A stretch of DNA of 64,000 nucleotides from contig CAXXVD010000003.1 in the NCBI GenBank assembly GCA_963662335.2, positions 585,875 to 649,874 on the forward strand, written 5' to 3'. How positions within the stretch are numbered: the first letter of the stretch is position 1; each line of letters starts with the position of its first letter. Both the position numbers and the translations under genes were made by a program. This document shows, piece after piece, positions 18,948 to 28,709 of this stretch. The notes under the pieces were generated by a model, which worked only from the letters and a program-made list of their open reading frames with translations, was not told the DNA's origin and searched no databases. This DNA is from Chloroflexota bacterium (GTDB lineage Bacteria; Chloroflexota; UBA11872; VXOZ01).

Positions 18948-20330
18948 CTAGCCAAACTCCGCGATGAAGTCGTCCATCGCCGTCTGCGCCTGCTCCTCGA
19001 ACGTGCGCATACCCTCGGCCACCGTCACCTCGTTGCGCATGATAGACTGCAGGTTCCTGCTGGTGATCGGCAGGATGTCGCCCGCGCCGGGCACGCTCAC
19101 GACGAAGCGCGCGCCCACCATCTCATCGATGGCCAGCCTGCGCAGCTTGTCGTCGCCAATGTACGCATCGCTCTGGGCAACGCTCTGGCGCACCGGGATG
19201 CGGTCCATGGCAATCGACCAGCGCAAGTTCACGTCCGCGCCGTACATGAAGTCGGCCCAGGCGAAGCCGCCGTCGGGGTTGCTGCTGCCGTTGGGCAGGC
19301 AGAAGGCCCAGTCGCCGGAGTAGGTGGCCGGCAAGGCCGTGCTGGGATCCAACGCCGGATACGGCCCAAAGTCGTAGTTCAGGCCTTCGGCGTAGGGGGC
19401 CATGGAGGTACGGGTAGCGTTGGTCAGATACATATAGGTGTTGCCGCCGCTGCCGTACTCCTGCAAGCGGTTCTCGAAGGTGCCGTGGAACTCGCGCACC
19501 TTGTCGTAGCCGCCCTGGCCGTCCAGGACTTTCTTGAGCCAGGTTACGGTATTGATCGCGAGTTCATTGTTGACCTGGATCTTGGTCCGGTCCGGGCTGA
19601 GCATCTCGCCGCCCTGCTGCCAGTAGCCGGCCATCCAGGTGTGGATGCCGCCGGAGCCGCGGAACGGGTCCCAGCCGAGACGCACGATGTTGTCGCCCTC
19701 GGTCTTGTGCACCTTCAGCAGCGCTTCGTCCATCTCATCCCGGGAGGCCGGCGGTGATTCGGGATCAAGGCCGGCTTCCAGGGAGTGGTCCACGTTCAGA
19801 TAGATGATGCGGGCGTCGATGCTATAGCTGATGCCGTAGGTCTTGCCCGCCCACTGCATGGCCTCGTACTTGCCCGGCCAGAGGTCGTCCAATGACACGT
19901 TAGCAGAAGCAGAGATGTAGGCGTCCATCGGCCGCACGAGTTCCAGCAGGCCCCATTGGGGCTGGATGTAGGACTGGGTCTTGGAGTTGTCGGGCGCGAC
20001 ACCGGCCGCGACCACGGTGGGAATATCGCGAAAGCCGCCGTTGCCACGCACGAGCGGCACCAGCGTGTAGTTGGTAGTCTCGTCGAATTCCGCGCGCAGC
20101 GCCTGGGGAAGTTCTTCGTTATCGAAGTTCCACGGCGCGATGCCCGTGTACCAGAAGACCACCGGCGACTTCTCCATCGTCGCCTCGCCGGCGTCGCCGT
20201 CGCCCTCGGGCGCGGCTGCTTCCTCTTCCATCGCCCCCGTGCCCGCCTGCGCGCCGCACGCCGCCAGCAGCGCGCCGGCGCCGGTCAGGGCAGCCGTGCC
20301 GAGGAAATGTCGTCTGGACAATGATGCCAT
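18948..20330 (-). CDS. Extracellular solute-binding lipoprotein (Tat), pair 1b
   Basis: SRRHFL, LAAC; near-identical to 17218-18597 over most of its length. Confidence 0.88.
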   Translation of the reverse strand: MASLSRRHFLGTAALTGAGALLAACGAQAGTGAMEEEAAAPEGDGDAGEATMEKSPVVFWYTGIAPWNFDNEELPQALRAEFDETTNYTLVPLVRGNGGFRDIPTVVAAGVAPDNSKTQSYIQPQWGLLELVRPMDAYISASANVSLDDLWPGKYEAMQWAGKTYGISYSIDARIIYLNVDHSLEAGLDPESPPASRDEMDEALLKVHKTEGDNIVRLGWDPFRGSGGIHTWMAGYWQQGGEMLSPDRTKIQVNNELAINTVTWLKKVLDGQGGYDKVREFHGTFENRLQEYGSGGNTYMYLTNATRTSMAPYAEGLNYDFGPYPALDPSTALPATYSGDWAFCLPNGSSNPDGGFAWADFMYGADVNLRWSIAMDRIPVRQSVAQSDAYIGDDKLRRLAIDEMVGARFVVSVPGAGDILPITSRNLQSIMRNEVTVAEGMRTFEEQAQTAMDDFIAEFG

Positions 20331-20486
20331 TGCGTTCACCCCTCCTGGGTTGACCACTGTAGATGAATACGCCATGCCCCCCAACGAGAGACAGGCGCGG
20401 CCGCGGGCGGTTTCCTCTGCCGCTTTGCGCGCCGGCCGTTCTCAGAGAGCGCTAGCAAAGCAATTCTACGCACACTGCGCGTCAAT

Positions 20487-20530
20487 TTGCAAGGGTAGGG
20501 GCACGACCTGTCGTGCCCCTACCCTTGCAA
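20487..20530. repeat. GTAG REP extended to a perfect 21-bp inverted repeat
   Basis: TTGCAAGGGTAGGGGCACGAC-ct-GTCGTGCCCCTACCCTTGCAA; partial copy at 20597-20618. Confidence 0.85.
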
Positions 20531-20667
20531 TGGCAAGAAGCGTCATGCCCTCTGCGTGCCGCCGGCGCGTTCTGCCGTGATCCCGCCGGCGGGACGGCAC
20601 GACGTGTCGTGCCCCTACCGGCGTTTGGCCCAAAGCAGGGTTGGCCCGGCACGCCATGGCCGCGCCG

Positions 20668-22023
20668 CTACCGCAGGCAGCCGCCCTCGTTGATCCAGCC
20701 CTGCACCTGCTCCTGGGTCTTGGCCATGCCCTCGGCCACCGTGAGCGAGCCTTCCACCATGGCGTCCCACGTGGCGCGCCACTCGGTATTGAAGTCGCCC
20801 TGCTTCAGCAGTTGCGGCACCGGCCGGCCCTCCGCCGCCATCCGCTTGTAGACTTCGGGGTCTTCATACGGGAAGAGCGTCAACGGCTCCAGATGCTTGT
20901 TGGCGGTGAAGCGGCCCTGGCCGGTGGCGGCGACCTCCGGCAGGGCGTCGGCGCTCACCGTGTACTTGAGGAAGGCCCAGCCGCCCTCGGGGTTCTTCGC
21001 GCCTTCGCCGATGAAGATACCGATGGGGGTCATGACCGTGGCGCTATCGCCGTTCGGCCCCTTGGGCCGTCCCGCCATGCCGATTTCGAAGAGATCATTG
21101 GCCGTGATGCGCTCTTCAAACTGGCGCACGCCGCCGGTGGCGCGCTCGAACATGCCCAGGGTGCCTTCCAGGAAGTTGCCGCCGACGACCTTGTGCTTGG
21201 CAAAGAGGTCAACGCAGAACTGCACCGCGTCGGCAAACTGCGGGGTGTTGAACGTGGCTTGCGTGCAGCCCTCGTTCCACAGGTCCGCGCCCCACGCCCA
21301 GGCGTAGTAGGGCAGGTAGGACGTGTGCGTGGGGTAGATACGCAAGCCGCCAAACGTGATTTCATCGCCTTCGCGTTTGGTGAGTCGCACGGCGGCCTCC
21401 AGCACGGCGTCCCACGTCCAGTTGCCCTCGGCCTCCAACTCCGCGGGAGTCTTCAGGCCGGCCTCGACGAATTTGTCGTTGTTCGACCAGATAGGGTGCG
21501 CGGTGAGCAGCCACGCCAGGCCGTACGCCACGCCTTTGTACTTGAGAATGCCGGATTCGTAGAAGTCGTCCGGGGAGACCTCCGTATCCTTTGCCAGCAG
21601 CGGCGTGACCGGCTGGATGATCCCGCCGTCCACAAACGGCCCCAGCCAGCCGAAATAGCCGTAGATGTCGTCGAAGGAGATGCCGGCCGCCAGGGCCGCG
21701 CCGGCCTTGGTGGTGACTTCGCCAAACGTGGAGTCGGTGATCTCCATCGTGTACTCGGGGTGCTTGGCTTCGAAGTTGGCGAAGATGGTATTCCACGAGT
21801 TGATCCACGTCTCGTTCTGGCCCTGCAGCACCATGAGGGCGTTGACGACGGTCGGCTCCGCAGCCTGAGGCGCTTCTTCCGCCTTGGCCTCTTCCGCGGG
21901 GGCGTCGCCTTCCGCAAGCATCATGGTCGCCGCGCCGCAGGCCGCCAGCGCCAACATGCCCGCGCCGCCCGTGGCTCCCTTGAGCAGGAACCGGCGCGTC
22001 ACTCGTCTGCGTTCGCCTTGCAT
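20668..22023 (-). CDS. Extracellular solute-binding lipoprotein (Tat), pair 2a
   Basis: TRRFLL, LAAC, GNWTWD; RBS GGAGG. Confidence 0.88.
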   Translation of the reverse strand: MQGERRRVTRRFLLKGATGGAGMLALAACGAATMMLAEGDAPAEEAKAEEAPQAAEPTVVNALMVLQGQNETWINSWNTIFANFEAKHPEYTMEITDSTFGEVTTKAGAALAAGISFDDIYGYFGWLGPFVDGGIIQPVTPLLAKDTEVSPDDFYESGILKYKGVAYGLAWLLTAHPIWSNNDKFVEAGLKTPAELEAEGNWTWDAVLEAAVRLTKREGDEITFGGLRIYPTHTSYLPYYAWAWGADLWNEGCTQATFNTPQFADAVQFCVDLFAKHKVVGGNFLEGTLGMFERATGGVRQFEERITANDLFEIGMAGRPKGPNGDSATVMTPIGIFIGEGAKNPEGGWAFLKYTVSADALPEVAATGQGRFTANKHLEPLTLFPYEDPEVYKRMAAEGRPVPQLLKQGDFNTEWRATWDAMVEGSLTVAEGMAKTQEQVQGWINEGGCLR

Positions 22024-22066
22024 CGTTCTGCCTCCTACTTGCACAGCAAATCTACTACCGGTTTAC

Positions 22067-22096
22067 AGTATGGTACCCGACAAGCGAGAGTGTCAA
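22067..22096 (-). promoter_or_regulatory. Sigma70-like promoter TTGACA-N18-CATACT
   Basis: Paralogue upstream has TTGACC-N18-CATACT (23591-23620). Confidence 0.6.
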
Positions 22097-22185
22097 GGAG
22101 GCAGCGTAATAGCGCTTCCGTATTTGATGCGCCCGAGCAGCGTCACGCTGCTCCAGCGGCCGCGTAGCCATTGCGCTGACAGCGC

Positions 22186-23547
22186 CTACCGCAGACAGCC
22201 TCCTGCGTCGAGCCAGCCCTGCACCTGCTCCTGGGTCTTTGCCAGGCCCGCGACGACCGTGAGCGAGCCCTCCACCATGGCGCCCCACGTGGCGCGCCAC
22301 GCGGTGGTGAACTCGTCTTGCCGCAGCAATTGCGGCACGGGACGGCCGTCCCGCGCCATCTGCTTGTAATACGCGGCGTTCTCATATGGAAAGAGCGTCA
22401 GCGGCTCCAGGCGCTTGCTGGCCGTGAAGCGGCCCTGGCCCATGGCCGCGATCTCCGGCAGGGCCGCGGCGCTTACCGTGTACTTGATGAAGTCCCAGGC
22501 GCCTTCGGCGTTGTTGGCGCGTTCGCCGATGAAAACGCCGCTGGCGGTCATGGCCGTGGCGCGCTCACCGTCCGGGCCTCTTGGCCGCGGCGCCATGCCG
22601 ATCGCAAACAGGCCGCGGGCCGTTATTCGCTCCTCGAACCGGCGCAGACCGCCGGTCGCGCGCTCCACCATGCCTTGCGTGCCCGCCAGGAAGTTGCCGC
22701 CAATGACCCTGTGCCTGGCAAAGAGGTCAACACAATACTGCGCCGCGTCCGCGAATTCGGGGGTATTGAACCCGGCCTGGGTGCAGTCTTCGTTCCAAAG
22801 GTCCGCGCCCCACGCCCAGGCATAGGAGGGCAGGTGAGACGTGAACATGGGGTGGATCTGCAGGCCGCCAAACGTGATGTCATCGCCGTCGCGCTTGGTG
22901 AGTCTAGCGGCGGCATCCAGCACGGCTTCCCACGTCCAATTGCCTTCCGCTTCAAGCGCGGCGGGCGTCTTGAGGCCGGCCTCGGCGAACTTGTCTGTGT
23001 TGAACCAAAATGGGCGCCCGGTGAGTTGCCACGCCACGCTGTAGGGCGTGCCCTTGTGCTTCAGGAGGCCGAACTCATAGAAGTCATCCAGGGAGACGTC
23101 GGCATCCCGCGACAGGAAGGGATTGAGCGACTGGATGATGCCCGCATCGACGAACAGCCCCAGCCAGCCCTCGTTGCCGTAGATGGCGTCGAACGTGAAT
23201 CCGGCAGCCATAGTGGTGAGCGCCCGGGAAGGGACTCTGTCCAGTGTGGCGCCGATGACCTCCAGCTTGTACGCAGGATGCGCGGCTTCGAAGCCCGCGA
23301 AGATGGAATGCCAGGCGTTGACCCACGTCTGGCGCTGGCCCCGCAACACCATGAGCGTACTGACGACGGCCGGCTTCGCGGCCTTGGCGGATACCTCGGT
23401 CTTGGTCTCCGCGTGCGGGGCTACACCGGATTCCGGCGCCGCGCTCGCCCCGCCGCACGCCGCCACGGCCAATGCCAGCACACCGGCGGCGCTTGCCGCT
23501 CCGCTGAGCAGGAGCCGCCGTGTCAATCGCCTGCGACCACTTGCCAA
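22186..23547 (-). CDS. Extracellular solute-binding lipoprotein (Tat), pair 2b
   Basis: TRRLLL, AAC; clear paralogue of 20668-22023. Confidence 0.86.
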   Translation of the reverse strand: MASGRRRLTRRLLLSGAASAAGVLALAVAACGGASAAPESGVAPHAETKTEVSAKAAKPAVVSTLMVLRGQRQTWVNAWHSIFAGFEAAHPAYKLEVIGATLDRVPSRALTTMAAGFTFDAIYGNEGWLGLFVDAGIIQSLNPFLSRDADVSLDDFYEFGLLKHKGTPYSVAWQLTGRPFWFNTDKFAEAGLKTPAALEAEGNWTWEAVLDAAARLTKRDGDDITFGGLQIHPMFTSHLPSYAWAWGADLWNEDCTQAGFNTPEFADAAQYCVDLFARHRVIGGNFLAGTQGMVERATGGLRRFEERITARGLFAIGMAPRPRGPDGERATAMTASGVFIGERANNAEGAWDFIKYTVSAAALPEIAAMGQGRFTASKRLEPLTLFPYENAAYYKQMARDGRPVPQLLRQDEFTTAWRATWGAMVEGSLTVVAGLAKTQEQVQGWLDAGGCLR

Positions 23548-23808
23548 CGCTCTGTCTCCCCGGCGCGTGCCAAGACTGCTACCGGATTTGAGTATGGCGG
23601 CGTGCGAGCGAGGAGGTCAAATGATGCCGGCAATGGAACTGCCGCGCATGGCGCAACGGGAGACCGTCCTTCCCGTGTTTCTTTGAGGACGCGGCGGCGC
23701 TATGATAGACTGCCGCTACGCGAGAAACGGCCTCAACGCGCGAGGACGATTCGCCGCAATTGGTGTCAAACGTACGTGGCAAAACGCAAGTACTGAGATT
23801 GAGGTGAC

Positions 23809-25023
23809 GTGCTCATGGCGTGGGACGGCAGAGTACCCGTACTTCTCATCGGCGGCGGCATGATCAGCCAGGACGTGATCATCCCGACGCTCTTCCAAGA
23901 ACAAGATCGCGGTGTGGTGGGCGACGTGAGCATCGCCTCCCGGCGGGCGAGCACGCTGCGCAAGGTGCGGGAACTATTTCCCGATTATGCGTTCACGGGC
24001 TATCCCGACCCGGATACGAGCGCTCCGGAGGCGTCCGCGCCGGATTCCTACAAGGCGGCCCTGGACGACCTGGACCCCCACGGCGTGGTGATGGTGGCGA
24101 CTCCCGACCACCTCCATACCGAGATGATCCTGGCGGCAATCGAACGCGGGCATCACGTGGTGGTGCAGAAGCCGCTCTGCCTGAAGGTCGCCGACGTTTA
24201 CACCATCCTCACCGCCGCCGAGAACAAGGGCATCTACGTCTACACCGACTACCACAAGCGCCACGACCGCGCCATTCGCGCGGCCCAGCGCTACTACCGC
24301 CAGGGACACCTGGGCGAGATGCTGCACGGTCACGCCTGGATCGAGGAGCGGCGCGAGATGCCGCTGGACATCTTTTCCCTGTGGGCGGAAGAGAGCTCGC
24401 CGTTCGAGTACATTGGCGTGCACTACGCCGACGCCTACTACTTCATCACCGGCCTCAAGCCCAAGCGCGTGTGGGGCTTTGGGCAGAAGAAATTCCTGCC
24501 CACCCAGGGCCAGGACGCCTTCGACGCGGTGCAGGGCGTGATCGAGTGGAGTGACGGCTCGGTGCTCTGGGTGCAGACCTCGTGGGTGTGCGCCGAGGCA
24601 AACAGCGCGCTCACCAACCAGGGTTTGCAGCTTTCCGGCACCCAGGGCGAGTATTGGGCCGACCACAAAGACCGCAAACTGCACTTCGTCACCCAGGATA
24701 AGGGCTTCGAACACTTCAATCCCAACTTCTTCAAGCAGTACGAGCCCTGGGACGGCGCAGGCACGGAATACGTAGGCTACGGCTACGACAGCGTTATGCA
24801 GGGCGTGCACGACGCGCGGCGCATCCTGCGGGAGACCGAGGGCCTGGACGCGGCGCAGGCGCTCCAGGCGCGGCGCGGTATGCTGGCCGAATTCGCCAAG
24901 GCGCGGCCCCTGCCGCAGCAGGCCGTGGTCGGCACCGCGATCGCCGAGGCCGTGCGCCTCAGCATCGCCCACGACAACCGGGCGGTTGCGTTCGACGAGT
25001 TGCTCTATCCGGTTTTGGCGTAA
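23809..25023 (+). CDS. Gfo/Idh/MocA family oxidoreductase
   Basis: IGGGMI, VATPDHLH, VVQKPL. Confidence 0.88.
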   Translation: MLMAWDGRVPVLLIGGGMISQDVIIPTLFQEQDRGVVGDVSIASRRASTLRKVRELFPDYAFTGYPDPDTSAPEASAPDSYKAALDDLDPHGVVMVATPDHLHTEMILAAIERGHHVVVQKPLCLKVADVYTILTAAENKGIYVYTDYHKRHDRAIRAAQRYYRQGHLGEMLHGHAWIEERREMPLDIFSLWAEESSPFEYIGVHYADAYYFITGLKPKRVWGFGQKKFLPTQGQDAFDAVQGVIEWSDGSVLWVQTSWVCAEANSALTNQGLQLSGTQGEYWADHKDRKLHFVTQDKGFEHFNPNFFKQYEPWDGAGTEYVGYGYDSVMQGVHDARRILRETEGLDAAQALQARRGMLAEFAKARPLPQQAVVGTAIAEAVRLSIAHDNRAVAFDELLYPVLA

Positions 25024-25160
25024 CGCCCTCTTCTCTCGCGGCGGTCGCGTTGCCGGCGCGGCGGGGCGGGCGCGCATCTCCCTTGAAGCGTCGAGCCGTT
25101 CATGCTTCGTCAGGTTCGGCGTCTTCGACGACGACGTCACGAACGGACTTCGTGGGACGT

Positions 25161-25320
25161 GCAGCACTCTCCAAGAAGGCGGCACTCTCCAAGAACGCAG
25201 CACCCTTCAAGAACGCAGCACCCTTCAAGAAGGCAGCACTCTTCAAGAAGGCAGCACTCTTCAAGAAGGCAGCACTCTTCAAGAAGGCAGCACTCTTCAA
25301 GAAGGCAGCACTCTTCAAGA
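25161..25320. repeat. 18-bp tandem repeat, about 9 copies (GCAGCACTCTTCAAGAAG)
   Basis: Counted directly; variant copies cluster at the left end. Confidence 0.97.
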
Positions 25321-25354
25321 TGTATCGTTAACAGGCTCTTTGGCTTGTCCCCTT

Positions 25355-25466
25355 CATTGGTCTCTATGCCTGTCATTGTTCTCGATGCCTGTCATTCCGA
25401 GGGCAGCGAGGAATCTAGGGCGCCAAGCACGCGAGATTCTTCGTCGCTGCGCTCCTCAGAATGACA
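25355..25466. repeat. 19-bp tandem duplication running into a family B REP doublet
   Basis: CATTG(G/T)TCTC(T/G)ATGCCTGT x2 (25355-25392); REP arms 25390-25416 and 25434-25466. Confidence 0.85.
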
Positions 25467-25500
25467 CAGTGAAGAGTGTCTTCGGTGCGATTCTTCGGAG

Positions 25501-25587
25501 TGACACTCACATCTCTACGGGTTGACGCTCACATCTCTACGGGTTGACACTCGCGTCTCTACGGGTTGACGTTTACATCTCTACGGT
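25501..25587. repeat. 22-bp tandem repeat, 4 copies (TGACACTCACATCTCTACGGGT)
   Basis: Units start at 25501, 25523, 25545, 25567. Confidence 0.95.
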
Positions 25588-25665
25588 CGAAGTCCAAACC
25601 GGCTAAATCCGCTCGGTTTGGTTACGTGCACCGCTCACGTTTTCATACGACTAAGGACGGAGAAC

Positions 25666-26421
25666 ATGCTCTCATTCCGCAATTCCACAAGACAACTCAC
25701 CGACTCCGGTGTAGACACTGCGATCATCAGCGTGGGCTCCACCGAGCAGTGCGGCCCGTGCTTGCCCCTGCACGTCGATACGCTGGTAGCCGAGTACTTT
25801 GCGCGGGCGTTTGGCGAACGGCTCAACGCCTACGTGCCGCCGGCTCTGCCGTTCAATACCGCTGAAGAGCACGCTTCATTCAAAGGCACGGTAACGCTGA
25901 GTCCCACCACCGTGATGCTCGTGCTGGAGGAGATCGTAGACGGTCTGCGGGAGCAGGGTTTTACCAAGCAGGTGCTCACGTGCGGCCACGGCGGCTCGTA
26001 CTGGCTGGCGGCCTTCATCAAGCACATAAACCGGCAGTTCCCGGACGTTGTGGTCGTGAACGCGCACCAGGGCGGCGCGGCCGTGTGGGAAGAGGCACGG
26101 GAGCACGCCGGCCTGGCCGGTCGCGGCGAGGTGCACGGCGGCGCCGAATCCCGCGCTCTCGCCCTCTATCTCGCGCCGGACTGCGTGCTGCCGGGCGCGT
26201 TCGGAACAGCGATACCGGCAGCCGAGCAGGCCTACATGGACTACGTGCCGTGGGAGAAGATCACGGCGGACGGCAGTTGGGGCGCGTTTGCGGAGAGCGA
26301 CGCCGCCGCAGCCACCGCCGCGGCGGGCCGCGCCCTCCTGGAGTACTTCGTCACACGCCAGGGCGCGTGGCTGGCGGAGCATCTGGCGGGCGCGTGCGCG
26401 CGCAAAGGGATACCGGCCTAA
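25666..26421 (+). CDS. Creatininase family amidohydrolase
   Basis: VGSTEQCGPCLP..D, EEHASFKGT, GHGG, HGG.ES. Confidence 0.88.
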   Translation: MLSFRNSTRQLTDSGVDTAIISVGSTEQCGPCLPLHVDTLVAEYFARAFGERLNAYVPPALPFNTAEEHASFKGTVTLSPTTVMLVLEEIVDGLREQGFTKQVLTCGHGGSYWLAAFIKHINRQFPDVVVVNAHQGGAAVWEEAREHAGLAGRGEVHGGAESRALALYLAPDCVLPGAFGTAIPAAEQAYMDYVPWEKITADGSWGAFAESDAAAATAAAGRALLEYFVTRQGAWLAEHLAGACARKGIPA

Positions 26422-26448
26422 CCGCGCCGGAAGCGAGTCTGCGCACGT

Positions 26449-27066
26449 TCACTCGGCAACGACCAGGCTGCGAATCTGTTCGATGACTGAGGCGCGCACG
26501 CCGGCGCGGCTCAGGTCGTCCACACTGCCAAAGGGGCCGTCGGCCTCACGGGAGGCGATGATCCGGCGCGCGGTCACCTCGCCGATGCCGGGCAGCGTTT
26601 CCAGTTCCCGCTGGGTCGCCGTGTTGACGTTGAGCGGGCGTAGCGGAGACGGCGCGCTCGAAGACGCGCCCGCCTGGGCGGTCTCGCCCTTGGCCGGCAC
26701 GTGCACGTGCATCTCGTCCCGCGCGCGCCGCGCCAGATTGATCGCCACGGCGTCGGCCGCCGCGGTCAGGCCGCCGGCCCGCGCCACCACGTCGCCCACG
26801 CGCTCGCCGGACGATGCGGGGTAGACGCCCGGTTGGGCTACCGCGCCGGTGACGTAGACCTTGATGTCGCGCAACTCGGTCCGCACCGGCGTCACCATAA
26901 TCGGCGCCGCGTTGCGCAGTTGCAGGGCGTACAACCCCAGGGCGACGGCGGCGAGCACTACCAGCAGGAGCACGATGCTCAGGCGGTTGCGCTCGAGCCA
27001 CTGCAGCGATTCGTGAGCCGCGCCCGCTTCCGGCGCCGGCGCCGGTCTCTGTTCGTCCTCAAACAC
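26449..27066 (-). CDS. comEA: Competence DNA receptor ComEA
   Basis: N-terminal TM, SLBB (VYVTGAVAQPGVY), HhH (NVNTA...LPGIG). Confidence 0.93.
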   Translation of the reverse strand: MFEDEQRPAPAPEAGAAHESLQWLERNRLSIVLLLVVLAAVALGLYALQLRNAAPIMVTPVRTELRDIKVYVTGAVAQPGVYPASSGERVGDVVARAGGLTAAADAVAINLARRARDEMHVHVPAKGETAQAGASSSAPSPLRPLNVNTATQRELETLPGIGEVTARRIIASREADGPFGSVDDLSRAGVRASVIEQIRSLVVAE

Positions 27067-27211
27067 CGCATCCCCCGTTAGCGCACAGCGCGGCGCGCCG
27101 GGCGCCGCCGTTGCCGCCTACTCTACCCAATCGGCCGCGGTCAGTACAAGCGGCAGCGGGCGGTCAATGGGCGATGCAGCGCGTACACGCAGGCCTGGAA
27201 CAGTTGCGCAA

Positions 27212-27286
27212 CATGTCATTCCGAGCGCAGCGAGGAATCTAGGGCGCCGGCGTCTTGAGATTCCTCGCTGCGCTCGGAATGACATG
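27212..27286. repeat. Family B REP inverted doublet
   Basis: CATGTCATTCCGAGCGCAGCGAGGAATCT ... AGATTCCTCGCTGCGCTCGGAATGACATG. Confidence 0.92.
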
Positions 27287-27334
27287 CCGGCCGGCGCTGC
27301 CGAGAGCGGCAGAGATTCCGTCAGAAGAATACTC

Positions 27335-27433
27335 AACACGTACAGGAGTGACCGAGCACGCACAGGAGTGATAGAAACCCAGGAGCGACAGAACACGTAC
27401 AGGAGTGACAGAATACGTTAAGGAGTGACGGAA
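27335..27433. repeat. Degenerate 20-bp tandem repeat, 5 copies (AACACGTACAGGAGTGACAG)
   Basis: AGGAG cores at 27344, 27364, 27381, 27401, 27421. Confidence 0.9.
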
Positions 27434-27484
27434 AGCGCCATTGCCCAAAGCGCTTCACATTGCCCGCGGCGTTAATCGCGTGCT

Positions 27485-28672
27485 ATGCTGAATCCCGTGA
27501 AAACTACGGACGACCTCCCCGAACCGCGCGTCATTCAGATCACGCCCATGAGCTTTCTGCTCGGCGCGGGTGTGGTCTTGCTTGTGCTCTTCATCGGCGT
27601 GCTTGCCACGCGCATCGTGAGCGTGCTGGTCTTGCTCTTCCTCGGCATCCTGTTGGCGGAAGCGATCCGGCCGATTGCCAACAAGCTGCGCGCGTGGAAG
27701 ATCCCCCGCGGCGTGGCCGTGCTCATCGTCTACCTGCTCCTGGCGCTCGTCGTCACCGGCATCGGCCTCATCGTCATACCGCCGCTGGTGGCGCAGATCA
27801 GCGACGTGGCGGAGGAAGCGCCGGACCTCTACAAGCGGTTTAGCGACGCGTTTCTGAACGTGGTCCCGCCGCTGTACCAGTATTCGGTAGACATGGGCTT
27901 CGACGAGCAGGTGCGGGAAGTCGGCGCCAGCCTCACCAACACCCTCACCCAATTCGTCGGCGCCCTGGCCCAGGTGCCGATCCAGATTGCGGGCTTCCTC
28001 TTCGGGTTTGTCTCCGTGCTGGTGATCGGCTACTTCTGGATGAGCGCGACGGAGGTCTTCAACCGTTCCGTGGTGGCGCTGCTGCCGCCCCGCCGCGCCG
28101 CCGCGGCCCGCGGCCTGGCGTCCGAACTCTCCCAGCGCGCCGGCGGCTGGGTGCGCGGCCAGGTCATTCTGATGGTCTTCATCGGCGTGGTGACGTTCGT
28201 CGGCCTCGTGCTGCTGCGGGTGCCCTATGCGGTGGCGCTGGCCACCTGGGCCAGCCTGATGGAGATCGTGCCCATCATCGGGCCGTTTCTCGGGGCCATA
28301 CCGGCGATACTCGTGGCGTTCACCGTCTCGCCGTTGCTGGCGCTGGCCGTGGCCATTCTCTACCTCGTCGTGCAGCAGCTTGAAGGCAACATCCTCGTGC
28401 CGAAAGTTATGGAACGCGCCGTAGGCTTGCATCCGCTGTTGGTGATGTTCAGCGTGCTGGCGGGCGGCGTGCTGTACGGGGTGCTGGGCATCGTCATCGC
28501 CGTGCCGCTGGTGGCCGCGCTGCAGGTATTATTCATGCGCATCTTCTTGCCCTGGCTCATTGCCCAACTGGAAGAAGAGGCTGAGCCGCCGGACGGGGAC
28601 GCGGCCGCGCTGCCGGAAACCGCGGACCATAGTGCGGGCGGCGCCGCCGGCGGGAGCGCCGCGCCAAGCTAA
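27485..28672 (+). CDS. AI-2E family transporter
   Basis: WVRGQ, VPIIGP, QQLEGNILVP, VGLHP, GGVLYGVLG..IAVP. Confidence 0.93.
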   Translation: MLNPVKTTDDLPEPRVIQITPMSFLLGAGVVLLVLFIGVLATRIVSVLVLLFLGILLAEAIRPIANKLRAWKIPRGVAVLIVYLLLALVVTGIGLIVIPPLVAQISDVAEEAPDLYKRFSDAFLNVVPPLYQYSVDMGFDEQVREVGASLTNTLTQFVGALAQVPIQIAGFLFGFVSVLVIGYFWMSATEVFNRSVVALLPPRRAAAARGLASELSQRAGGWVRGQVILMVFIGVVTFVGLVLLRVPYAVALATWASLMEIVPIIGPFLGAIPAILVAFTVSPLLALAVAILYLVVQQLEGNILVPKVMERAVGLHPLLVMFSVLAGGVLYGVLGIVIAVPLVAALQVLFMRIFLPWLIAQLEEEAEPPDGDAAALPETADHSAGGAAGGSAAPS

Positions 28673-28709
28673 GCCGAAGCCTCGACATTCTGCGGCCCGC
28701 CTGGCGGGC

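Noticed and set aside
25161-25587. Possible CRISPR array
   Set aside because: Repeats are head-to-tail with no unique spacers, and there are no cas genes in the window
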